A stretch of 61,670 bases of DNA. Source: a virus (lineage: Duplodnaviria; Caudoviricetes). The stretch's first letter is position 1. Every line of letters begins with the position of its first letter. Of the stretch, positions 1 through 8,035 are shown piece by piece. Below the pieces are notes generated by a model, which worked only from the letters and a program-made list of their open reading frames with translations, was not told where the DNA came from and searched no databases. The stretch is taken from positions 1 to 61,670 of IMG/VR virus record IMGVR_UViG_3300042402_004691; one strand, written 5' to 3'. A program made the translations under genes and the position numbers.

Positions 1-1
1 T

Positions 2-112
2 GGTATGGCTAAAATAAAGGTTAAGTTTAAGGCTGATGAAAAACCTGAAGCAGTTAGTAGATTGATTGATGAATACATTAAAAATTTGGAAGAACCAAGT
101 ATAACTAAATAA
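2..112 (+). CDS. 3' end of a hypothetical protein (partial, ...GMAKIKVKFKADEKPEAVSRLIDEYIKNLEEPSITK*)
   Basis: Open frame from the window edge to TAA at 110-112, followed by a terminator. Confidence 0.6.
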   Translation, partial: GMAKIKVKFKADEKPEAVSRLIDEYIKNLEEPSITK

Positions 113-115
113 ATT

Positions 116-145
116 AAGGGAGAAGTATTATTTCTCCCTTTTTTT
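116..145 (+). terminator. Intrinsic terminator
   Basis: AAGGGAGAA(116-124)/TTCTCCCTT(132-140) stem followed by a T-run. Confidence 0.8.
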
Positions 146-153
146 ATATTTAT
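146..153 (+). promoter_or_regulatory. ATATTTAT putative late-promoter motif (first of 17 copies)
   Basis: Same 8-mer recurs mostly 13-42 nt upstream of structural gene starts throughout the window. Confidence 0.7.
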
Positions 154-172
154 TATAGTAAATAATAATAAT

Positions 173-811
173 ATGAAAAAATTACTTAAATTAGACTTAA
201 AAACTATACTAATTATAGTTTTACTCGCAGCTGTTATATTCTCTCAATTTTTTAATGGTAGTAAGGAAGAAGTTGGTGATATAGTAAAAGTAGATGGTAA
301 AAAGTATGAATTGTTAAAGCATACAATTGATACTGTTTATCAAGAAATAGAAGTGGAAGTTCCTACTTATGTACCTGAATATATCACAAAGATAGAAACG
401 GTTGAAGTACAAATACCAGCAAATGTAGACTCATTAAAGATTATAAAAGATTATTTTTCAAAGTACGAAGTTAAAGATACTTTGGTATTGGAAGGATTAG
501 GTAAGGGATATATTATTGATGTAATCTCTCAAAATAAAATAGAAAGTAGAAACATTAAGTGGGATTATAAAATACCAACTATATTAGATACTAAAATTGT
601 AAAAGAGCTTCCAAAAAATCAATTGTACTTAGGATTGAATACCAATTTTGATAGAGCTAATGTAGTGAACTCAGTTGGTATCGGTGCTATATTCAAAACT
701 AAAAGAGATAGAATATTTCAGTTGAATACCGGAATTGCTAATTCTATAACAGGTGAAACTCAACCTTTTGTTGGGGGTGGTATATATTGGAAACTTAAAC
801 TTCGTAAGTAA
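173..811 (+). CDS. Membrane-anchored protein, candidate spanin/lysis accessory
   Basis: N-terminal basic plus hydrophobic helix (TILIIVLLAAVIF); C-terminal amphipathic beta strands ending GGGIYWKLKLRK. Confidence 0.45.
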   Translation: MKKLLKLDLKTILIIVLLAAVIFSQFFNGSKEEVGDIVKVDGKKYELLKHTIDTVYQEIEVEVPTYVPEYITKIETVEVQIPANVDSLKIIKDYFSKYEVKDTLVLEGLGKGYIIDVISQNKIESRNIKWDYKIPTILDTKIVKELPKNQLYLGLNTNFDRANVVNSVGIGAIFKTKRDRIFQLNTGIANSITGETQPFVGGGIYWKLKLRK

Positions 812-812
812 T

Positions 813-2237
813 ATGAAGAAATCTTTAAGTATAAAATCACTGATTTCGGAAATTATTATGAAAGAACAAATGAAGGATAAGTATACTCCAACTGTGTTGG
901 TTCTATCATCAATGACTTCTGACTCTAAAGGCACAATCGGTAAACTAAAAAAATCTTGTGAAAAGTTTGGATTGCCGTTTTATGCAATCCGTTCTAAGAG
1001 TGCGTTTATCGATACAACACAAAACTCCAAAAACTCATTAAGAATTGAAAATTATAATGGTAATGGAGATGTTTTGCTTATAAACCCAAGAAAAACTATT
1101 TGTTTTGTTAGGGGAAGTGCAATTAAAACAGAGGTGGGTTCCGCACTTATTCATATAATGGAAAATTATGGTGTATTTGCGGTGAATGATTATAAATCTA
1201 TGCAATTTTGTTCAAACAAGCTTGCTTCTATGATTGAGTTGGAAAGGAGAAATGTACCTATTCCAAGAACTGCGTATGTTCCATCAACAGAAAATATTGA
1301 TGTTGCTCTAAAAAAGATTGGCGGAAAGTTTCCAGTTGTTATAAAAACAATTACAGGCGCTGAAGGTATTGGAGTTTCAATTGTAGACTCATATCAATCG
1401 TTAAAATCTGTTTTACAATCTCTTTGGAAATATGAGGCTGAAGTTCTTATTCAAGAATATTTTGATGTAAAATTTGATGTTCGTACATTAGTACTTGATG
1501 ATAAAATTATAGCGAGTGCAAATAGAGTAAGAGGTTCATCTGATTTTAGAACCAACTTAGCATTGGGTAATAGTGGAGGCCCACATAAACTTACAGATAT
1601 TGAAAAGGAAACGGTATTAAAAGCCGCAAAAACATCTGGAGCTTTTTATGTTGCAGTTGACCACCTTTTAGTAGATGGAAAGCCGTATGTGTTGGAGTTG
1701 AATGGTTCTCCTGGATCCGCAAACATTTATACCAATTATTATAATTCGGAGGGAGATAGTTCAACTGTGAGTGGACAAGAATTGATTGATAATGTTGTAG
1801 AATATATTTCAGATAAATCAAATTGGGAAATAAGTGTAAATGAAGCGGGTGTAATTGAAAATGTAAAAATAGAGGGAACCCATTACGAAGCAAAATTAGA
1901 TACTGGAAATGCAGGTCATTCTTCACTACATGCAACTGATATTAAAATAGAAGAAGTGGATGGTACTAAAATGGTTAACTTTGTAGATAATTCAGGAAAA
2001 AAAATAAGCAAACCATTGATAACTATCGCTAGAGTAAGGTCTTCTCCAATTTATGAAGCCGATTCGAGACCTGTTATCGAAATGGATGTTAGTTTTAGAG
2101 GTCTTGAATTTAAGAGAGTTCAATTCAATTTGGTAGATAGAAGTAATAATACATATCCTGTCCTTTTAGGTGCAAGGTTTCTAAAAAGAGCTAGAGTTTC
2201 AGTAAATCCAAATAAAACATTTGTATTACCTGATTAA
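813..2237 (+). CDS. rimK: RimK-family ATP-grasp glutamate ligase fused to a C-terminal RimB-like retropepsin (DTG) protease
   Basis: NKLAS, VPIPRT, FPVVIKTITGAEGIGV, LIQEY, DFRTNLALG, LELNGSPG ATP-grasp motifs; C-terminal AKLDTG...RPVI...DRS..TYPVLLG.RFL. ATG at 813 follows the upstream stop, preferred over TTG at 753. Confidence 0.88.
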   Translation: MKKSLSIKSLISEIIMKEQMKDKYTPTVLVLSSMTSDSKGTIGKLKKSCEKFGLPFYAIRSKSAFIDTTQNSKNSLRIENYNGNGDVLLINPRKTICFVRGSAIKTEVGSALIHIMENYGVFAVNDYKSMQFCSNKLASMIELERRNVPIPRTAYVPSTENIDVALKKIGGKFPVVIKTITGAEGIGVSIVDSYQSLKSVLQSLWKYEAEVLIQEYFDVKFDVRTLVLDDKIIASANRVRGSSDFRTNLALGNSGGPHKLTDIEKETVLKAAKTSGAFYVAVDHLLVDGKPYVLELNGSPGSANIYTNYYNSEGDSSTVSGQELIDNVVEYISDKSNWEISVNEAGVIENVKIEGTHYEAKLDTGNAGHSSLHATDIKIEEVDGTKMVNFVDNSGKKISKPLITIARVRSSPIYEADSRPVIEMDVSFRGLEFKRVQFNLVDRSNNTYPVLLGARFLKRARVSVNPNKTFVLPD

Positions 2238-2284
2238 CTCACTAAATGGTTACAACATAAAAATAAAAATCAATAAGGGTTAAG

Positions 2285-2383
2285 ATGACTAACAAAGAAA
2301 GGGCAGCGAAAGCCAGAAAGAAAATGGCTAAACAGACTATAAAATCTCAACAGAAGAAGGGAATTTATAAAAAAGTTCAATAA
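2285..2383 (+). CDS. 32-aa highly basic small protein (MTNKERAAKARKKMAKQTIKSQQKKGIYKKVQ)
   Basis: ATG-TAA ORF below the track cutoff, lying between rimK and a terminator. Confidence 0.55.
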   Translation: MTNKERAAKARKKMAKQTIKSQQKKGIYKKVQ

Positions 2384-2407
2384 AACCTCATCCATTTGAG
2401 GTTTTTT
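2382..2407 (+). terminator. Intrinsic terminator
   Basis: AAAACCTCA/TGAGGTTTT stem, 6-nt loop, T-run. Confidence 0.75.
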
Positions 2408-2447
2408 CTTTTTGTATACTTATATATAAACCAATAACTTAAAATAT

Positions 2448-2840
2448 ATGAGTGCAGAATTTGAACTTTTTCCTGGAAAGAATTTAAGTGGTCTTTTTCA
2501 GGATATATATACCAATCAAATCACCAAAAAAGAAAGAATATCTAAGTTTATAGAGGATCTAAAATCCAAAATAAAACACAATGGAGATGTTGCAATAATT
2601 GGACCTATAATTAAAGATTTGATTGATACTTCGGTTAAGAATGATGACCATTTAGTTAAGTTAGCAACTATTGCACAAAGAATAATGTTGGCAAACAATA
2701 AGGGTAGTGGTGATGATGGATTTTTAACAGATGAAGAAAAAGCACAACTTTTGAATGATTTACAAGAAGCTAAAGAGGAAGTTGAAAAAATGGATAATTT
2801 AGCAGTAGAAATTGATGAACTTAAAAAGAAAATAAAATAA
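2448..2840 (+). CDS. Hypothetical helical protein
   Basis: 130-aa ORF behind an ATACTTAT motif, first gene of the baseplate cluster. Confidence 0.75.
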   Translation: MSAEFELFPGKNLSGLFQDIYTNQITKKERISKFIEDLKSKIKHNGDVAIIGPIIKDLIDTSVKNDDHLVKLATIAQRIMLANNKGSGDDGFLTDEEKAQLLNDLQEAKEEVEKMDNLAVEIDELKKKIK

Positions 2841-2842
2841 TT

Positions 2843-4078
2843 ATGAGTATATCATCAGGACGTTCAACAACATCAAATAATTTAGGATATCAGGATAGTA
2901 GAATATCTCAAAAAAAAATTGGAGTAGTATACGATGTTATATTAAATGAAAATAGTGAATATGCCAGAAACAATGGATATGGCTCATTAGCTGTAGGATG
3001 TATATTATACAGAACTAAGGATAATATAATAACATCCACAGATAAACTACCAATGGCTTGGCCACTCGATAAAAATTACAAATCTTTACCTGTTAAAAAT
3101 GAAGAAGTAGAAATTTATGAAATTTCTGAAAAGGAATTTGGATACAGACGAAAAGTAAATGATATAAACCCATCTAGCTCTGGAAATGATGGTGACCTTA
3201 TCCGAAGAAGATTTTCTATTGGTAAAGATGAACAGCAGAATGTAAAAGATTATCAAGAAGCTTCTGCAACTGGCATTACAACTACAAATTTTGATTTAAG
3301 TAGATTATTTGATGGATATGGAAAATATTATCAACCACAATCTGGATTACACAAATTAAAATTATATGAAGGTGATACTTTAATTGAAAGCCGTTTTGGG
3401 CAATCAATTAGGTTTAGTGGCTATAATAATGTAAATAACATATTTTCCCCTACACTAATTTTAAGAAATGGAGAAAGTGAAAGAAGTAGAAAATTAGGAC
3501 AATCTCTTACAACTGAAGAAGATATTAATAGAGATGGTAGTGTTATAGTTTTTGGATCAAATCAATACCAACTACCATTTCAACCTGGAACTGTTAATGA
3601 TAGTGGAACCTCTGATTTTGAGACTAAACCTGAGTCTTTTAGCAATTTTCCAACAAAGTTAATTGGAGATCAAATACTCATTAATTCTGGAAGACTAATT
3701 TTTTCTGCAAAGAACGCCGAAATGATTTTCTATTCAAAAAAGAATTACGGATTTATTTCGGATGGAGCAATGTCAATTGACAATAAGTTGGGAATTAATG
3801 TTAGTGTTAATGATAACATAAACATTGTGACAAACGATAGAGATGTAGTGATGTACACTGGAAATGGTTCAATATTCTTAGGTAACACTGGATTGGAACC
3901 ATTAGTTAAAGGACAACAACTGGTAGATATTTTATCACAACTAATAGATGCCATTGTAGCACAAACATTTCTAACTCCATCAGGCCCAACTGCAGATGGT
4001 CCTGTTAATATTGCAGATTTTGGAGCAATAAAATCTAGATTAAATGATATATTAAGTAAACTAAATCAAACATCATAA
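2843..4078 (+). CDS. Baseplate hub/central spike protein (gp5/VgrG-like)
   Basis: EGDTLIESRFGQSIRF motif, beta-repeat C-terminal half, position upstream of gp25/gp6 homologues. Confidence 0.6.
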   Translation: MSISSGRSTTSNNLGYQDSRISQKKIGVVYDVILNENSEYARNNGYGSLAVGCILYRTKDNIITSTDKLPMAWPLDKNYKSLPVKNEEVEIYEISEKEFGYRRKVNDINPSSSGNDGDLIRRRFSIGKDEQQNVKDYQEASATGITTTNFDLSRLFDGYGKYYQPQSGLHKLKLYEGDTLIESRFGQSIRFSGYNNVNNIFSPTLILRNGESERSRKLGQSLTTEEDINRDGSVIVFGSNQYQLPFQPGTVNDSGTSDFETKPESFSNFPTKLIGDQILINSGRLIFSAKNAEMIFYSKKNYGFISDGAMSIDNKLGINVSVNDNINIVTNDRDVVMYTGNGSIFLGNTGLEPLVKGQQLVDILSQLIDAIVAQTFLTPSGPTADGPVNIADFGAIKSRLNDILSKLNQTS

Positions 4079-4398
4079 TGGCAAACGAGAATGGTGAATA
4101 TGATACAAGTGCAGTTGGAGATGCGGCATCTAATACTGCAAATGCAGCAGCAGATGCAGCTAAAGCGGCATTGGAAGCAGCTGAAGCAGCGATTAAAGAA
4201 AAAATAGAAAAAGCAAAAGCGGCTGCAGAAAAACTAAAAGCATTAAAAGATAGATTAAAAAAGAAAAAGCAAGCTCCTCCTAAATTAGCTCCTGTTCCAA
4301 AATATGAACCTAAAAAATTACCAGATGTTCCAAAATTTGAACCTAAAAAAATACCTGGTATACCAAAATTTCAACCTCCAAAATTACCAACTGGATAA
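4078..4398 (+). CDS. Small Ala/Lys/Pro-rich protein with three PK(Y/F)(E/Q)PxK(L/I)P repeats
   Basis: ORF coupled to the upstream stop (TAATG); repeats visible in the translation. Confidence 0.65.
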   Translation: MANENGEYDTSAVGDAASNTANAAADAAKAALEAAEAAIKEKIEKAKAAAEKLKALKDRLKKKKQAPPKLAPVPKYEPKKLPDVPKFEPKKIPGIPKFQPPKLPTG

Positions 4399-4449
4399 TT
4401 TTTTAATTTTAGTAAAAAAGTAATGGTAAAATAATTATGAAACAATAAT

Positions 4450-5763
4450 ATGTCTTGGGAAACATTTAAACAAAACATTTTAAGAGTAGCAAATAATCCA
4501 CAATCTATAAATGACATAGATATTGTGGCTAAAACTTATGCAACTGAATATGATGCGGCTGTTAAAAGAGGTGGAGATACTATTAATGGAATTCCTATAC
4601 AAAGAGGAAATGTTCAAATTATGGAGCAAATATTCAAATCCGCTTTACAAAAGGGTTTATCATCAACCGAACCATATGATTTAGTTGGTGAAATGGGAAA
4701 AGGTGTTGTAGCGTATTGGACTGGTGCAACATTAGATAGTAATGTTATTCCCGAAATTCCTGCAATAGGAGCTTCACAAAACATTGGAGTTGTTACAAAT
4801 ATTGTAATTAATCCTGGAACTTGGGCACCCGTAGTGGTTTCACCACCGACCGTTTTTCAATTAACGCCTGAAGAAAAATTAGACTACGAAAATAGATTAC
4901 AGATTGAAATTTCTAAATATGAAACTGAAGTAATTACGAGTCCGCCTGACATATTAGAAGCAAGAGAAGATACAGTAAGTAAGTTTACTGGAATAATTGA
5001 AAACAATGAAAATTATAGGGTAGATATACCATTTCCTTCTCCGATTGTAACTGCTGGTAGTAAGATTGTTGATGTTAATGGTAACGAAATTACATCCACA
5101 ACAACTACAACTGCAGCTACTTTTGATGGAACTGAAGAAGAAACAATAGATATTGGAGGAATAAGTGCTCCCGTTAGACCTGTGTACTTTACACCAAGAC
5201 CTCCTACTCCTCCTGAAAATTATCCACCGGGTCAATATTTACAATATACACCGTATTTACCTGCAGGTGCATCTGTAGCCGTAAAAGCAGTTGCAATTGC
5301 ACTAACTGATATTAAAAATGAAGTAAAAGAAATTCCTGACTCAAGTAACACTGGCCATCCTAGACTATTACAAATACAAAGAACTGCTGCTAGGTCAGAA
5401 TGGACTGAGTTTCCTTGGTGTGCTTCAGCGGTATTCACTTGGTGGTATGAAGCAGGATTTCCGTTTGTTACTGATAAAAATGATCCTACTTATCTTGTAA
5501 ATCCCAAACACTGTGTTAGTTGGCAGCAATGGGCAGTAGCAACTGGAAGATGGGTAGAAAAGCGAAACGGTGCAAATCCTAATTTTATTCCTAAAGCTGG
5601 AGATGCTGTTATGTATTCTACGGATAACTCAACATTCGATCATATTGGTATGGTGTATGAATTAAAAGATGGTAAATTAACAAGTATTGATGGTAATTAT
5701 AAAAATTCAGTATCTTATAATATAGCATATACAAAATATATTGCAGGTTATGTGCAAATATAA
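4450..5763 (+). CDS. Baseplate-associated protein with C-terminal CHAP-family amidase/peptidase
   Basis: PWCASAV (Cys), PKAGD, DHIGMV (His), IDGN motifs. Confidence 0.8.
   Translation: MSWETFKQNILRVANNPQSINDIDIVAKTYATEYDAAVKRGGDTINGIPIQRGNVQIMEQIFKSALQKGLSSTEPYDLVGEMGKGVVAYWTGATLDSNVIPEIPAIGASQNIGVVTNIVINPGTWAPVVVSPPTVFQLTPEEKLDYENRLQIEISKYETEVITSPPDILEAREDTVSKFTGIIENNENYRVDIPFPSPIVTAGSKIVDVNGNEITSTTTTTAATFDGTEEETIDIGGISAPVRPVYFTPRPPTPPENYPPGQYLQYTPYLPAGASVAVKAVAIALTDIKNEVKEIPDSSNTGHPRLLQIQRTAARSEWTEFPWCASAVFTWWYEAGFPFVTDKNDPTYLVNPKHCVSWQQWAVATGRWVEKRNGANPNFIPKAGDAVMYSTDNSTFDHIGMVYELKDGKLTSIDGNYKNSVSYNIAYTKYIAGYVQI
5117..5201 (+). repeat. 85-bp direct repeat, copy 1 (TFDGTEEETIDIGGISAPVRPVYFTPRP linker)
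   Basis: 84/85 identical to 6263-6347. Confidence 0.95.
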
Positions 5764-5778
5764 TAAAAATTATTTAAA

Positions 5779-7038
5779 ATGGCAGCAATAAATCCAACCG
5801 ATGTAACAGCATTAATTGTAGATGAATTTATAAGAAATGCAACAGATCATTTAAAAACCGTTAGTGGAATTATAAACACATTATCTTTATATCCTCCAGT
5901 ACCATCTCCTTCTCCAGGTATTATAAATTGGAGAGGATATATTGTACCCCCTGCGGTATATACAAAAGCTGAAGTTAGAGATAGAATAATATTAAACGAA
6001 ATTTTAGCAAAACCAGATGATGGAAGTGTTCAACTCGAAACTGATCCAGAAATAAATAAACAATTTAACGAAAATAAAGGCGGTAATGAGGGATATAGAG
6101 TAGATCCAGAAGCGGGTGGATTTGGAGAAAGTGTTGGAGATTTAGTTGTATCAAATATTGTCGTTCCCTCTATATTACCCGCGAGTTTAGTTTATAATGA
6201 TTTAGTAAATGTTAGTTCTACTACCACTACTACTGAAACTACAACTGCAGCTACTACCGGTACTACTTTTGATGGAACTGAAGAAGAAACAATAGATATT
6301 GGAGGAATAAGTGCTCCAGTTAGACCTGTGTACTTTACACCAAGACCAAGTCCACCATATAATTCAGGTAATGTATATTCTGGTGAAGGGTATGGGGCAA
6401 GCGTTTCTTTTGGAAAGTTATCAGTTTTATCAGGTGGACCTACGATTACTGATGGAAACGTAAAAGATGTTGGACTTACTAGAGAACAATATTTAAAAAG
6501 TTTAAATTTTGCAGATGGTCTCACAATTACAGATGTTGATATGAGTAAAGATTGGGTTACAATTGCAAGACAATATCTTGTAAAAAAAGAAGGATTTACA
6601 GAATTTGCCACAAACGATGAGGGAGATCCGAGATTAGGATATGGTACTAGTCAAATTTTAGATATAGGTGCAACTCAAACTCGTACAGTTAAATACGGTG
6701 ATAGAACTACTAGAGAACAGGCTGCTAAAGTATTAGAACTTCAGGTAAGAACTACATATAAAGATAAAGTAGTTGGAACTGGGGCTGCTCAAATAACAGA
6801 AGCGGACTGGACTGCGTTAAATGATAGACAAAGAGCGGCATGTGTATCTTTTGTTTATAATTGTGGAAGTTTTAAATTTTACCCCCAAATACCTGCAGCA
6901 ATTAAATCTAAAAATTATATAGCAGCAGCAAATGGTATATTGAACGGACCGATAGCTGGTGCTGAATCTGGAAAAGTATATTCGGGTTTGGCTAGAAGAA
7001 GAGCTGAAGAAGCTGGAATGTTTGCGTATGGATTATAA
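5779..7038 (+). CDS. Baseplate-associated protein with C-terminal GH24 (phage lysozyme) domain
   Basis: KEGF...D...LGYG, AACVSFVYNCG, GLARRRAEEA motifs. Confidence 0.82.
   Translation: MAAINPTDVTALIVDEFIRNATDHLKTVSGIINTLSLYPPVPSPSPGIINWRGYIVPPAVYTKAEVRDRIILNEILAKPDDGSVQLETDPEINKQFNENKGGNEGYRVDPEAGGFGESVGDLVVSNIVVPSILPASLVYNDLVNVSSTTTTTETTTAATTGTTFDGTEEETIDIGGISAPVRPVYFTPRPSPPYNSGNVYSGEGYGASVSFGKLSVLSGGPTITDGNVKDVGLTREQYLKSLNFADGLTITDVDMSKDWVTIARQYLVKKEGFTEFATNDEGDPRLGYGTSQILDIGATQTRTVKYGDRTTREQAAKVLELQVRTTYKDKVVGTGAAQITEADWTALNDRQRAACVSFVYNCGSFKFYPQIPAAIKSKNYIAAANGILNGPIAGAESGKVYSGLARRRAEEAGMFAYGL
6263..6347 (+). repeat. 85-bp direct repeat, copy 2
   Basis: 84/85 identical to 5117-5201. Confidence 0.95.
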
Positions 7039-7098
7039 TAATTAAAAAAACCAAAATATTTCATTTGTATATTTATATTGGTATAAACTATAAAAAAA

Positions 7099-7599
7099 AT
7101 GGATACTGATAAATTATTAAAAGCTATTCAAATTTTGGTTGAAGCTGAAGTTAAAAAACAATTACCTAAAATTGTAGCTGAAGTTGTGGGCTCAACTCAA
7201 AAAAGGAGAATGGTTGAAACTACAAAAGAAACTCCAACAACTACTGTAAAGAAAGCTCCATCTATTGCAAAAGCGATATTAGGAGAAACTAAAGTAAGTA
7301 AGGTAAACGATGTTCAATACACTAAAAATCCAGTATTGAACCAGATACTAAATGAAACGAGAGCAAACACTTCGTATGTAGGAGGAACTGAAAGTGGTTA
7401 TGAAGAATGGCCTACTATGAATGCTTCAATACCAACGCCATCAAACGGAATGGATATTAATAGTGTTCGTTCTCAAATGGCATCTAAAATGGGATATGGT
7501 GATATGAACACAGGCGGAGGTTTGGGTGTAAAAACTGGAAACGATGCATTGGATAAAGCATTGAACCGAAATTATAGTGAGTTGGTAAAACGATTTTAA
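7099..7599 (+). CDS. Hypothetical virion-associated protein
   Basis: 166-aa ORF with ATATTTAT at 7069-7076. Confidence 0.75.
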   Translation: MDTDKLLKAIQILVEAEVKKQLPKIVAEVVGSTQKRRMVETTKETPTTTVKKAPSIAKAILGETKVSKVNDVQYTKNPVLNQILNETRANTSYVGGTESGYEEWPTMNASIPTPSNGMDINSVRSQMASKMGYGDMNTGGGLGVKTGNDALDKALNRNYSELVKRF

Positions 7600-7601
7600 T
7601 T

Positions 7602-8030
7602 ATGGCTGTAGTATTAGGTAGTAAAAAAGTTCAAGACTTAGAGCAATTTAATGATACTGCAATTGGTATTACATTACCTTTGCAAATAACTAATACTGCC
7701 TTCAATCAATCATTTCAAACTATAGATCAAGTTAGAACAAATATCAAATCATTACTTTTAACAAAAAGACGAGAAAGAGTAATGCAACCTTTTTTGGGTA
7801 GCGGGCTAACTGAATTATTATTTGAACAAAACGATGAAGAACTAGAAAGTAGAATTGAAAATACTATTTTACAATCTTTACAAAATTGGTTACCCTATGT
7901 TGTTATAGATACTATAATAATAGAACAAAGTAATGAATTAAAAGATAGGAATTCTGTAGAAGTTTCAATTACATTTAGGATAAATGGAAACCCAACTTTA
8001 GAAACTGTTACTTTTAATGTAGAAGAATAA
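7602..8030 (+). CDS. Baseplate wedge subunit, T4 gp25/GPW family
   Basis: NIKSLLLTKRRERVMQPFLGSGLTELLFE and WLPYV motifs. Confidence 0.9.
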   Translation: MAVVLGSKKVQDLEQFNDTAIGITLPLQITNTAFNQSFQTIDQVRTNIKSLLLTKRRERVMQPFLGSGLTELLFEQNDEELESRIENTILQSLQNWLPYVVIDTIIIEQSNELKDRNSVEVSITFRINGNPTLETVTFNVEE

Positions 8031-8035
8031 ATCGA

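Noticed and set aside
753-812. TTG start for the RimK gene given by the ORF track
   Set aside because: Overlaps the upstream gene; ATG at 813 follows its stop and yields a leader like other genes
5117-6347. 85-bp repeat pair as a diversity-generating retroelement TR/VR
   Set aside because: Only one mismatch, both copies are mid-gene linkers, and there is no reverse transcriptase in the window
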